DNA of 64,000 bases, from the NCBI GenBank assembly GCA_004431415.1, contig QPMI01000542.1, positions 186,001-250,000 on the forward strand, given 5' to 3'. This document shows positions 1 to 11,791 of this stretch, one piece after another; the stretch's first letter is position 1; each line of letters begins with the position of its first letter. This DNA comes from Cyanophora paradoxa CCMP329. Taxonomy: Eukaryota > Plantae > Glaucophyta. The notes beneath the pieces were generated by a model. That model did no database searches. It was not told the origin of the DNA and saw only the letters and a program-made list of their open reading frames with translations. Position numbers and translations under genes: made by a program.

Positions 1-228
1 TACCCCGGAGAGTTCTTGTTCCGGAACTCGCAAGGGCGAGGCCGGAATGGCATACGGCGATCCGCCCTGGTCGATCGCCAACGTATTATGATACGTGGTT
101 CCCGGGAAAGCAGCCTTGAGCTGCCGTACCTCAGGGCCCAACCCGATGCGCTATCCCGTGCATCTAGCTAAGTAGTGTCGGGCGTAAGATAGCTAGGTCT
201 TCTGCATTCGAATGAAGCGAGGCGTAAA
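1..228. repeat. Direct repeat copy 1 (cut by window start), identical to 2396-2623
   Basis: TACCCCGGAGAGTTC...GAAGCGAGGCGTAAA recurs at an offset of 2395 bp. Confidence 0.95.
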
Positions 229-1025
229 TCGGGATTTGCGCTCTCAATGCGTAAATCGAGTTTTGCGCCGACGGAATGCGAGGAGACGGGTACGAGAAAA
301 TTTCCCACCGCGTCGGCGCGCGGCTGGCTGCGGCCCGTCCATGGCGCCGCCGCTGTCGCTCAGCGTGACCAGCGTGAGGTAGGCGGCTGGCGCGCCGAGC
401 GGCGGCGCGAAATGGGCGTCGAGTTGGCGCCTCGGCAGCCGGCCTTGTCGCCGGCCATTCCGCAGGAGATTCAGGAGCGCGCGCGTCAGGGGTTAGCTTC
501 TATGATGTCTCCGGCTCGGCGAGGAGTGCCGCGGGAGCGGTCGCGGCGACGTCGGATGGCCGCAATGTCGGCCAGCTTTCGCGCAAAGCCCGCGCCGCCA
601 TGCGCCGCAGCGTTAGTGAACGCGCGGTAGCCGTGGCGTGGCACACTGGCGCGGCGACGTGTTCCGTCAACACGCGGACGGCGCCCGGCCCCCGCTCCCT
701 TGCTTGGCAGCTGGGGCTCATCGGCGCTCTCTCATTTCGTTCCGCTCCTCATTTCTTCGCAGTCGAGTCGCTAGATGGCGGCTTTTTTCCACATGCAGGG
801 AAGCTCAGGTCTTTCCGTCGACTTTTGCTTGTCAGGCGTAGTGCCTCTCCTGCCCTCCGCTATACGTGGGTCTTTCCTAGGGCGGACTTCCACGTCTGGA
901 GGGTGTTTGCGCGCTCTGTTTGCCTTCATCGGTCTGCGTAGGGCGCTGGGCTTTTTCTGCAGGTGTATCTTTCGGCCTCTCGCCCCATTTGTAGATATAG
1001 GACGTAGATAGAATTTCCCACCACT

Positions 1026-1131
1026 TAGACAGAGCACAGCACTCGACGGTCCTCAATGTTATCTAGTCGGAGAGATAAATTGGGCGATGTGAAACTCCTA
1101 GTAGTTGTTGTTGTGTGCTAATGCAAATCCT
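1026..1131 (+). repeat. 106-nt dispersed hairpin-forming motif, inverted copy at 31309-31414; possibly a retroelement 3' end
   Basis: Reverse complement of 31309-31414 matches with 7 substitutions and no gaps; contains a GTTGTTGTTGT tract. Confidence 0.85.
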
Positions 1132-2395
1132 TTCCTTGCCGACGGAATGCGAACAAAGAAGACCGTAGCCGAGCGCCAGGCACGAAAGAGCTGAGCGACT
1201 CGCTAGCCGCGGTAGCGGCGCGAGGCGAGCACGGGATTAGCAGCAGGCTGCTGCGAGCGCCCCGCAAGGGACTAGCTGAGCTAGCCGTTGGGCCGAGCCG
1301 GCGGGCTTGAAGCCGCCAAGCTCCGAGGGGTACGCTGATTCGGGGTTTCCCTTCACGCCCAGCTTCGCTCGCGGCCGCCCCAGGCCACGGAGCGACCAGC
1401 GGCGAAGCGAAATCGCTCCCGCCCACCTCCCCGCGATTTTTCCTTCCGGGGCGCCGAACCTCGCCACCCAGCGAGCCCCGGCACCGCGAAAAAGTTCGCG
1501 CAAAAAGGCAATGCATACGGCGACCAGCGCCAGCGTTCGCCGAGGGTATTATAATACGTGGTTCCTTGCCGTCTCCTGTGCACATGGTTCCGGACGCTAC
1601 TCCCGCTCGGTGCCGACCACCAGCGCGGACGTGGTCGTGCACAGCTGATCCGTGGTAATTTACAATGGTTCCGTCGAAGATTCGGGCACGAACCGCGCAG
1701 ACTCGGTGTACCGGTCGTGATTCGTGTTTCCACGCGCGTCCGCTGGACCCACTTGTGCCGGGCCGGGGTCCAGCGCGCCCCCCAGAAACAGTCGCGCGGC
1801 TTCGTGGAGAATCTCGAGTTTTTCCCGCTGGGTTTTACCCTGTTTTCCTCTGGACCCGCGGGTGCCGAGCCGGGGTCCAGCGCGCATGACCGTTACGCGG
1901 TTTTCCCGCGGTAACTTGCTGGTTTTTCGAGTCTGCCGCCCCGGCGCGGGGGGAGACTTCGCGCATGATTCGGAGTCCTGTTGGTTTTTGATGAGCCTCG
2001 GTTGTCGTACGTTGCACGACGCCTTGGTCTCATGGTCGTCTGCGGACGACGGGCACGCTACGCGTGTGGTAGGGGGTACTGCATTCGTGCTGCGTTCGCT
2101 ACGCTCACCCCCGCGGCCTCCGGCGGCGGTACCCGGCTTCGGATCCCCGAACCCGGAAGAAACCGCGTACCCCTCCCCGGGGTACGCCGTTCGCCCCAAC
2201 CGGCCCCACAAGGCGCGGCCCGAGGCCGAACGCGTACCCCGGAGAGGGGTTCGGCGTCAGAGCGGCCCCGATCAAGTGTACCCCGAGCGGGGTACCCCGA
2301 TCGGCCCCGCGACGGCCCCGAGCGGAGTACCCCGAACGGGGTACACCGTCTCGACCCGCAACGGCCCTCCCCGGGGTACAGGCGCCTAGCACGCT

Positions 2396-2623
2396 TACCC
2401 CGGAGAGTTCTTGTTCCGGAACTCGCAAGGGCGAGGCCGGAATGGCATACGGCGATCCGCCCTGGTCGATCGCCAACGTATTATGATACGTGGTTCCCGG
2501 GAAAGCAGCCTTGAGCTGCCGTACCTCAGGGCCCAACCCGATGCGCTATCCCGTGCATCTAGCTAAGTAGTGTCGGGCGTAAGATAGCTAGGTCTTCTGC
2601 ATTCGAATGAAGCGAGGCGTAAA
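2396..2623. repeat. Direct repeat copy 2, abutting the truncated retrotransposon ORF
   Basis: Identical to 1-228; the junction forms a fold-back GCGAGGCGT-AA-ACGCCTCGC (2612-2631). Confidence 0.95.
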
Positions 2624-2636
2624 CGCCTCGCCAGCG

Positions 2637-4147
2637 TTAGCTGCCGCTTGCCTCCGTTCCGTAGGCCGCAGCGTCCTGCATCCATGCGGCCCAAATCCGT
2701 CCAAGCTTGGAGTCCGCCTTCGCCTGCCATGGCAGATTGCGCGGCTTGGTCGGGTGCGAGCCCCTGCTCTTCATGGCTTTGTGGTCCTTCGCCACTTTCT
2801 GAACTAGCCGCGCGCTTTCAGTGTGGATGCGGGCGAGGCGATCGAGGCGCTCTTCCCGGGTGCCGCTCCCGACCGCCTCAAGGTCCGGGCCCAGCACTTC
2901 GCCGATGCGTTTGTTGAGGTCTCTTTTCAACTCATCTTTCTCCTCGTCCGTCAGCTTGCGGGAGTCCGGGTCGAAGACCGGCGGTCCCGGCGTTGGGGTC
3001 TGCATCGGTCCCGTCGGAGCCTTCAGGCCCGCGGCCTCCAGCGAGAAGTCCGCGAGCACCGGGAAGTGATCCGAGTCGTGAGGCGCATCGACGTGTGCCG
3101 GGCAGGTGTGCGCGCTCAGGAGCGCCTTGTCAAGTGACTCTGACATCAGGACCGCGTCGATGCGTGCCGCGTGCCAGACGGCGTCCTGCGGCAGGTCGGC
3201 CGGAGCGGCGTCGTCGTCTTGTGAGCCGCCAGCGCCAGTATCGTCTCCGCTTCTCGGAAGGTGCGTCCTGTGCGTCACTTCCCGCGCCGCGCTCCATTCG
3301 CCGCTATCGTGCGCGGCAGAGTGCGTGATCGCCGCGTCGCGCAGGTCCCACGTGTCGATCATCGTGTTCCACCACTTCCGTTCTGGCGTTCGGCTGGGAA
3401 CGGGGGCCCCGTTTCGGACGCGGGACAGTTCCGGGACCGCCACCGAGTTCCAGTCTCCTAGCAGCAGTAGGTGCGCGTTCGGCCGCGTGCTGAAATCAGC
3501 GATCAGTTTCTCAAGTTCCTGCAGGATTCTGTCTTGGTCCCGCCGGTGTTCGTCTGTCGCTTCCGACGCGGGCATGTAGATGCTTACGACGAACAGCTGG
3601 CGGTTCTCTTTGAACCGGAGCTCGAACCCAATCATCCGGCCCGGCACCTTGTACTTCTTCGTTAGGTGCTTGACCCATTGCGGCGCCACCCAGAGAGCGG
3701 CTCCGTTGCCATGCCACCGGGTTGATTTCGTCGTGTACAGGAGCTTTCCATAGGTGATGGCGCCCTCGGGCAGGTCGCCCATGCCGGGCGAGCGGAGCGC
3801 GGCTGCGATGTCTCCTTTCGACATAGAGATCTCCTGCAGCCCAGCGAAGTCTATCCCCCACCGCCGGCAGAAGTCTTCGGTCTGTTGCAGCTTGGATTCG
3901 CTGGAGCCTCTCGCGTTAAATGTCATCATGGCATGGCCCGTAGAACTCCTTCAGGTTTCTTTTTCTCGATTGTCGGCGCCGTTCCGATGGTGTCCCCGCC
4001 CTCGGGGAACGTCGCGAGAGGGAAGATATCCTGTAGTCTAAGGGTCTGGGCTACGGCTGGCGCCCTCCGCGAGGGCCCTGCCTGGGCCCTCGGCGGCGGT
4101 TTCTGTTTTTCTATCTTGCTCTCATTCCTTTTCCTTTTGTTCATCAT
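2637..4147 (-). mobile_element. Truncated non-LTR retrotransposon: APE/EEP endonuclease domain, no RT downstream
   Basis: ORF 2637-3929 has the APE motifs TFNARG, GLQE, GNGAALWV, VVSIYMP, LLGDWN, RIDAVL and SDHFPV. The upstream ORF 3926-4147 joins it across a probable small duplication frameshift (GCCATGCCATGATGACA). Confidence 0.88.
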
Positions 4148-4629
4148 TCTAGTGGTGCATGCCGTGCCCGGCGGCCCCGGGCTCGGCTGGCCGCTGCAGC
4201 TGTCGGCTGCGACGATCCAGCGTAGCTATATATATATAGGAGCACCATGCACTGCGCATGCACATGTGGCTAGGCTGTGAGCATTAACGCTATTCCCATG
4301 CAAGTATGCACATGGACACGACCGTAAGCGTCGACGTGGATATCGATGTGCCGGCGCCTGTCTCCGCTGCGTATGAGCGTTCAGAGAGCAAGTAGCACGC
4401 GTACACGTGTGAGGGCTCATGTTCAGGCATGCGCACGCGTTCGTGCGGCCGTGGGGAACTGCGAGACCGCTATGGGTCTGATTCGAACAGGGGGCCGCCG
4501 AGATTCCCAAAGCAACATGACGGCATAAGCCGGAATAGGACTGACGGCATATGCCGTAAACGGACAGCTGCGAGTGGACCGCCCCACTCGTTGGGATCGT
4601 TTGGCAGCTGCAGCTGCAGGGACGAGATT

Positions 4630-7515
4630 CACTAGTAAAAAGGGGGTCGCCGGAGCCTGTCTCAACCTGATTGAAATCAGGCGGAGGCAGGCTGAAAGCA
4701 GGCTGAGTCGTCAGCCTGACTGTAGCCTGCTTTCGAATCAGGCCAGCCTGATTCCAAAGCAGGCTAGCCTGATTAGGAACTCCAGCCAGCACCTAGCCTG
4801 ATTCTAATATTTTTAATATCCATCAGGCTGAGGCAGGCTGAGTCAACGGACTAGGGGTTAGCGCTATAGTCAGGCTGAATTTAATCAGGCTGAGCGCGCC
4901 AGCACACATAGAAGCATCGGAACTCGCACTCTTAATATGATAAGTACTATTACTAGTACTACGTATACGGTACTGTTCTACATCTAAACATGCAGACGGA
5001 ATTGAAAAGCGGCCCGGTGCTCCTTGCAGGCCGCGGCGGATCAAGGTGCTCTCATGGTATTGCGGATCCGGGCCCGTGCTCCTTGCAGGCCGCGGCGCCG
5101 GACGCCGCGCTCGGCGTGTGCCACGGTGGATGTGCTGTGCCAAGTCGCGCACGGGGAGCCGCCGCCGCCAGGCCGAGACGCCCGTCCTAGGAGATAATGT
5201 CAGAATAAGGTCAGGCGAGGGGTGTTCGGATGTGGGCGATCTGAAGGTGCGCAGCAGCGCGTATTGAAGAGTTATTTAAGATTATGTATAAAGCTTAAGA
5301 GCGGCGCCGTGGCCTGGCGAGCGCGCACCAAAAAAGCGCGGCACTCCGCTGCAGCTTCTCGTGGAGAGCTCGCCTGCGAAATCTGAACAGTGAGAAATCG
5401 AGATTAGATGCAGGCTAGTGTGCAGGGAAAGAGAGCGGGCCCGCAGCAGCGATTCACGTGGCCCAGCGGCTCGGCAGCGCTCCCAAAAAGTCGGCTCTAA
5501 AAGTGAGCTGCCAGACCGGAGACTATACTCATTCAACTCGCATTGAAGCCCTTTATAAGCCTATGGGGTCTCCCCCCCCTAGGGAACCCGCGAACCTGGG
5601 CGAGCTCGGTCGCGTAGGAGGCGGCGGCCGCCGGCGCTCCCGGAGGACCCGCTCCCGCGCGGCCGTTCCGCGAGCATCTGAGGCGAGGATCACGGCAATG
5701 CGCAGCGATTGGGCGGGAGCGCACGGGTGCGGCCGCGCGACCATGAAACTGCGGCGGGGGTCGGCACTCGGGCGCGGCGCGGCAGCGGGCGTGGCTTGCC
5801 TGCAACAGGACCGACCGGAGAGATGCTGTAGAGCGTTCCGCTTGCGCGCTGCCGCCGTCCGCTCTCGAAGGTGCAAGGAATCCGCACGCCGCCTGCCGGC
5901 CTGCGTGGGATCGCGTCAGGTCGGGCTGAAAGCACGCGAGTTGGCGCTCTTACATCGACTCAAGACCTCTGTGATGTAGAGCGGGGAGCTGCGCCGAACC
6001 TGGGCCCGGATGAGCAACTTCTCCCGAGGTAGACGCAGCTGGAGAGCGCAACGGAAGCTCGCGGGGACCGATCCAGCGCACCCCGCATCCAAGATCTCGG
6101 TACGCTGCTGGGCGCGAGCGGCCTGCCGCGATGCCGCACTAGCTGGGCGACGTCGCCTGCGGCGTCTGCGGCGTCTCTGGAGCTCTCAACTCGTCATAGC
6201 TAGCGCCTCCAGCGCATAGCTGCGCTCGCCGCTTGTCTTGCATGCCTCTAGCTAAGAGCGAGGTCTTCGAGCTTGGGTACCGGTTTTGACTGGGGTACAC
6301 AAACCGCAAATATCGGAGCCCTCGCTGCCCGCTCCCGCGCCTTGCGGCAGCCGCGGGCGAGCGGAGCGTGCAGCAACCGCCTCTCTAGCGTTGCGTGCAC
6401 CTCGTACGCGTGCAGGTCGGCAGCGAGAGCGGGCCGCGGGCGGACTTCGTCGAGTGAGGTCTGCGGCCCGTCTCCCGCGAGCTGCCGGCCTCTTGGCACA
6501 CTCGTTGCTGATCAGGAAGCGCTAGGAAGCGGGCAGCTTCCCCCCGGAGCCCCGAACGGCATTGTCCGCAGCCCGCCAGGTCCGATCCGCGAACTCGTGC
6601 TCTCGGACGCGCTGCGGTCGCTCTGTGAGCTATTCTTGCTAATCTTCTCACGCAGGAGTGCTTGACCGGCCTGCGCTCTCGCTTCCGTGGTGACCCGCGG
6701 CCGCGACTGCACAACCCGCGCTTCGCGCTTCCTGCAGCTGCAGGCTGCAGCACGGCGCGGCCGCTCCCCTCGATCCTCGATAAAGGTACGCGCTCCTCCC
6801 GGCCGGCCGCTCGCCGGCGCCCGATCCCGGCCGAGGCCCGCTCGCCCTTAAGCTTGCTGACTCGCGGCCCCAGATCTTGGCCTGCTTCGAGGCCTGCAGC
6901 CCCGCGCGACTTCGCCTCGCGATCCTCGATGAAGGTACGCGCTCCTCCCGGCCGGCCGCTCGCCGGCGCCCGATCCCGGCCGAGGCCCGCTCGCCCTTGC
7001 TGACTCGCGGCCCCAGATCTCGCATGCGCGCGACCCCGGCGATAAGCTGCGACGTTCGATGTGGATGCGCATTGGCGACCGCCGCCCTCCAGCGCTCCCC
7101 CCGCGCTACGGGCGGGAGCGCTGCGACCGCTGACGAGGCTAATTGTAGTGTCTGGTTTCGTTTCAGTTATTGGATGTTTAGTGCGTTTAGATGTAGAACA
7201 GTGCTTCTCGTATGTGCAATGCGAGTTCCAATGCTTCTATGTGTGCTGGCGCGGTGCTGGGGGGCCGTGGCCACGGTGCTGGGGGTAGCATATAGCGGAG
7301 CCTGATTCAGCCTGATAAAAACCTGATATTAAAGCCTGATTGAAGCCTGATTCAGCCTGCTTTAAGCCTGATTCAAGCCTGTCTCGGCCTGTTTAAAATC
7401 AGGTTTAGTCCTCCGAAATAAGGCTGAGCCTGTTTCGCCAAGCCTGACTCGGCCTGATTGAAGCCTGTTTCAGATCAGGTTGAGACAGGCCCCGGCGACC
7501 CCCTTTTTACTAGTG
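4630..7515. mobile_element. Non-autonomous CACTA (EnSpm) DNA transposon
   Basis: 42-bp TIRs starting CACTAGTAAAAAGGGGGTCGCC (4630-4671 and 7474-7515, 1 mismatch), 3-bp TSD ATT (4627-4629 and 7516-7518), dense subterminal AGCCTGA/TCAGGCT repeats at both ends; no transposase ORF recognised. Confidence 0.95.
6771..7020. repeat. About 100-bp duplication inside the CACTA element
   Basis: CGATCCTCGAT...GCGGCCCCAGATCT at about 6771-6877 and 6920-7020. Confidence 0.85.
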
Positions 7516-7797
7516 ATTCAAATTTGCCTGTCGCTCCGAGGCGTCGTGCGGCGGTCACGCGCGCACTCAGAGGGTTAGCAACCTGTTTAGCGGCGAGCGG
7601 ACACATTGTCCGTGCTGAGCGGGGGAGGGGCGGGCAGTTGTGTTTTCAAACCTGGGTCATCTTGTCTGTCGAGCTAGCCCTAGTGCCCCTAAGACTGACT
7701 GCGCGCCTAGGTGGCGCCGGAGCTCCGCTGGAAGCGCAGGAGAGGCGCCCGAAGAGCGACACGCAAATTTTTCGGGGTACAGGAATCCGCTCGCCTG

Positions 7798-8480
7798 CCG
7801 GGGCGGAGGCGCGGCGGGCGGCGGCGGCGGCTCGCGGAGCGGGGCAGAGGCGCGGCAGGCGGCGGCGCGGCTCGCGGGGCGGGACGGAGGCGCGGCGGGC
7901 GGCCGCGAGGCTCGCGGGGCGGGACGGAGACGCGGCGGGCGGCCGCGAGGCTCGCCGGGCGAGACGGAGGCGCGGCGGGCGGCCGCGCAACTCGCGGGGC
8001 GGGGCGGAGGCGCGGCGGGCGGCCGCGCGGCTCTTGGAGCGGGACGAAGGCGCGGCGGGCGGCCGCGAGGCTCGCCGGGCGGGACGGAGGCGCGGCGGGC
8101 GGCGGCGGCGGCTCGCGGGCGGGACGGAGGTGCGGCGGGCGGCGGCGGCGGCTCGCGGGGCGGGACGGAGGTGCGGCGGCGGCCGCGCAGCTCGCCGGGC
8201 GGGGTGGAGGCGCGGCGGGCGGCTGCGCTGCTCGCCGGGCGGGGCAGAGGCGCGGCGGGCGGCTGCGCGGCTCGCGGGCGGGACGGAGGCGCGGCGGGCG
8301 CCGCGCGGATCGCTGGGTGAGGCGGAGGCCCGGGGGCGGCTACGATGGAGGCGCCACAGGCGGAGGCGGCGGCTCGCAGGACGGGTGGAGGCGGCCCGGC
8401 GGCGGCGGCGGCTCGCGTGGCGGGGCAGAGGCGCGGCAGGCGGTGGCGCGGCTCGCGGGGCGGGGCGGAGGCCCGGCGCC
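7798..8480. repeat. GC-rich minisatellite, unit about 38-40 bp
   Basis: Repeated GGAGGCGCGGCGGGCGGCCGCGAGGCTCGC(C/G)GGGCGGGAC with variants. Confidence 0.9.
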
Positions 8481-8649
8481 GCCGCAATGCCCGGGAGCCT
8501 TGAGCGTCTCGTGCAATAGTAGTATCCTTTTGGTGGCAGCTAGAGACTCATGTCCAGAGAAGTGCGAATTCGCCATGCTGAGCATATGGGAATTCGAACG
8601 AACGAGCTGACGGGAATTCGAACGAACGAGCTGACGGGAACATTTGGGA

Positions 8650-9270
8650 GATTCGGATTACCCACCCTCAAAATGGGCGGGGTGCAAATGTAGAGTCAGT
8701 CGCGGACCCAGATGACGGAGCGGAGTCAAGTCGAGCCTCGGAGGGGCTGGGGCTCTTCGAGACTGTCCGACAGTCAACTTGCCCCAAAAAGACCGCGACA
8801 ACAGAAATCATGAAGGAGAGCATCTTATATGACAAGTTACATCCGGGCGTGGAGACGCCCTCCGGGGTTCTTGACAGTGCTGAATTTGACTTTGAGGTCG
8901 TCATAGGTGGTCCCGGGTCATAGGTGACACTGACTCAGTATCTGCTTAATGGCATGTAGAGACTCATGATCATGTGCAAAAAATTGCAAGCTCGCCGCGC
9001 CGAGCTTAGGAGCACGAATGAGCTTGTAGGAACGTCAGATTCGGATTCCCCGCCCTCCAGATGGGCGGGGTGGAAAGTTTGGGTCAGTCGCGGCCCGGGA
9101 CGACGCGGCGGAATCAGGTCGAGTGGGCTACTTTAGACTTCTAACCTGCCACCAATGGGCCTAGTCGGCGAATATCACCAAGGAAAACATGCTATCTGGC
9201 AAGTTACATCCGGGCGCGGAGATGCTTCCGGAGGTTCGTGCGGGTGCTGAATTTGATTTTGAGGTCGTCA
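8650..9270. repeat. Diverged direct repeat pair (about 8650-8903 and 9038-9270), preceded by a 24-bp tandem duplication at 8588-8640
   Basis: Shared blocks AGATTCGGATT..ATGGGCGGGGTG, GTCAGTCGCGG, CAAGTTACATCCGGGCG and GTGCTGAATTTGA.TTTGAGGTCGTCA. Confidence 0.8.
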
Positions 9271-9882
9271 GAGGCCGAAAGCTAGCTCGTAGCGCGCCGT
9301 GCATTATTTGCAGGGCGAATCGCCACAATTTTTGGCGGGCGCCGGCTTTTTGGGGCCTTCCCGCGCGGCAGGGCGTGCGAGTAGAAGGCCGGCAGCCGGT
9401 AGGCAGGTCGAGGCCCTATCTAATATGCTACTGAATGACTCGCGTCCGTCGGTAAATGAGTTAGTGAGGCACGGGTGGACTGGGAATCGGCTCTCAAAAT
9501 TGATCTCGGGATAAATTCAAACAGGCAGTTGTTCTCACTCGCCGCTGCGCCCAGTATTAAGCGTCTGGTTAAATCCGGGCAAGGCCCAGATATAGTCTAG
9601 GGGTTTGTAACCAGAGGCCTAATAACAGAGTAATTACAGACCTGGATCTCTGATCCCTGACGATGTTCCCTTAATGCTTATAATTAGCCCGCCCCTGATG
9701 TGCTCCCAAGTTGCAGATGCAAAATGGCAGAGTTTCGCTGCTAGTATTTCGAGGCTGTGCGCCTCACAAAGAATGACAACTTTGGCAGGCCAGCGGCTAC
9801 TTATACTAGCCCGCGTTGCAAACTAGCAAGTATTTTCTAGTTGTTGAGCATGTACGATTTATTGGTTGGGTTCCGGATTGGG

Positions 9883-9929
9883 TTCCGGGAATTCCGGGAA
9901 TTCCGGCAATTCCGGCAATTCCGGGAATT
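9883..9929. repeat. 9-bp tandem repeat (TTCCGGGAA/TTCCGGCAA) x5
   Basis: Directly visible. Confidence 0.85.
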
Positions 9930-10129
9930 TCAAGTCAAGTCGCGACCGGCCACGCCTATAGCCGGATTCCGGCCCATGGCCCGCGGCCACGCCGGGCCCG
10001 GCCCCGGGCCAGCCGACCAAGCTCTAGCCAGACTTGGTCTTGTCATCGCCCGCGACATTCGTCGCAGCAGAGAAAAGCCGTCCTCGGCGCCTCCATCCCT
10101 CCCGCGACGTTCGTCGCAGCAAAACGTTG

Positions 10130-10990
10130 TGTCCGATCGAAAACGATCCCGACTATGTACAAGAAAAAGTGGCCGAGGCGTTCTAACGCCCTGACGGCCC
10201 TAGCAGCACGAAGGCTGCACTACAGCCCTAGCAGCACGAAGGCTGCGCTATCTACAATGAAATAAATATGTAGACGTCTAATGCTATCAGAAATATATGT
10301 CTATCGTTCCGGAAAAATATTTCGAATCGTTTCTGAGCTAAGGAACTATTTCCAAGGCTTGCCCTCAGTTTCCGCTGGACCTAGAAACGATCCAGACGTC
10401 GCACAGCTGGTCCTGTCTGCAGCTGTGAATTCCGAATGCTTCTCGAGCTCGCTACTCTATCCGTAGCTACTCGAGCTCGCCGCGCGCTGCGGCTGATATG
10501 TACACGATATGTACAACTGCGAAGCTGCAGCTGCCAAGCTGCTCAGCTCTCCCCTTCTTGGACGGTGGGCCATCCGCTGGGACCCCACCCGCCCTCTCTC
10601 GAGCTGAAGCCTCCGGGACTGCAGGCACTGCCCTTGATCCACGGCCGGAAGCCCCAACCGAGACTTGAGGGTTAGCCCCATTGACTAGGCTGCGCCCCCG
10701 TGGACTCGCGATTGATGTCGGCCTTGCAGACGAAACTGCGCCCTCGACATCGCGCGAAGTCTGGCCCCTCCGGCCTGCGTCTGACTCTGTAGGCGGCAAG
10801 AAGAGAGGGAATCCTGTGCATCAGAGCGCGAACGCCGCCGCGTCGAGCACGTCCAAAATTTCCGCTCTTGTTCTCAGTCCGCCTGACGAGATCCTCCGCC
10901 GATTTCGACCCGAGAATTAAATTGCGGTCGGACGCACAGCTAAGTTGACGGTTGCTGTGTGCCCGCCGGCGGTAGGTGCACTTGCACATC
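10130..10990 (-). pseudogene. Decayed reverse-transcriptase remnants, DIRS-like
   Basis: Collinear peptide remnants EGPDFARCRGRSFVCKADI, LGLPAVDQGQCLQSRRL and ALERLGHFF..VGIVFD resemble DIRS RT motifs; broken by stops and frameshifts; lie downstream of gag. Confidence 0.5.
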
Positions 10991-11791
10991 GAGTCCGAAG
11001 ACCCACAATGTCCGCCGGGGATGCTCTATCCTCCGCCGGGTCAGGAGCACGACTTGAACCGGCTCCATCCACAGCTAACGGGGCTCGTAGGGCCCTACGC
11101 GCCGCCCGAAAGCCGAGAGGTTCCCACGTTCCTTTGTCGTCCCCTCCTTGATTCCGAGCACGTGAGCACGACCAAAGCCGTTGCCAGCTGTAGTCAGCAG
11201 GGGTTCTTGGGGCGCGGATTTCCAGCTGCCCCTCCCGCCGACCACGCGGTTGCCAGACTCCGTCGGCTCGTCCTCGAGTTCTAGTACTTGAATTTAGTAA
11301 CCCCGCGGCGACGATAACGCTGAGCTCGCGTCCGTCTTATGCAGGGCCGATTCCGGTCTCTATTCGGTTGAGTGCCGACTGGGTTAAAGCTGTCCTGAGC
11401 GCCATCCTGGCACGAGCAGGTCCGCGCCTCTAGCTTGTCCTCGGGCCTCCCGCCCTCCTGTCTTGCCCCGGCCGCAGCCCCGGGCTAGGTCCGCATCTCC
11501 AGCTTGGACGCCGGTTCACCGGAACGGAGCGACGCCTTCTTCGAATTCGCCACCAGCCTCGCGATCGACTGTGAAGAGAGGCCGTCGCCTTCGCAGGTGC
11601 ACCCCATCCAGCCCCGCGAAGCTGCAGCTGTTCCGCTCACAATTTGAACTCCGGCTGCAGCTGAAAAATTACAAGTACACGCCGCCACGTCGCAGGGCCA
11701 TCCCTCTTTGCGACAAATAAAATACAAACTCCTCCACCGCTGGTCTTTTAATTTCTGCACAGGCGGAGACCGAACCGCCGTGGCGTGTACT

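Noticed and set aside
1026-1131. Hammerhead ribozyme
   Set aside because: GAAA is present but the CUGANGA core and correct stem I register are not.
4660-4900. CRISPR-like array
   Set aside because: Short irregular CACTA subterminal repeats, no spacers or cas genes.
7458-8610. Long Arg/Gly/Ala ORFs on both strands
   Set aside because: They arise from a stop-free GC minisatellite.
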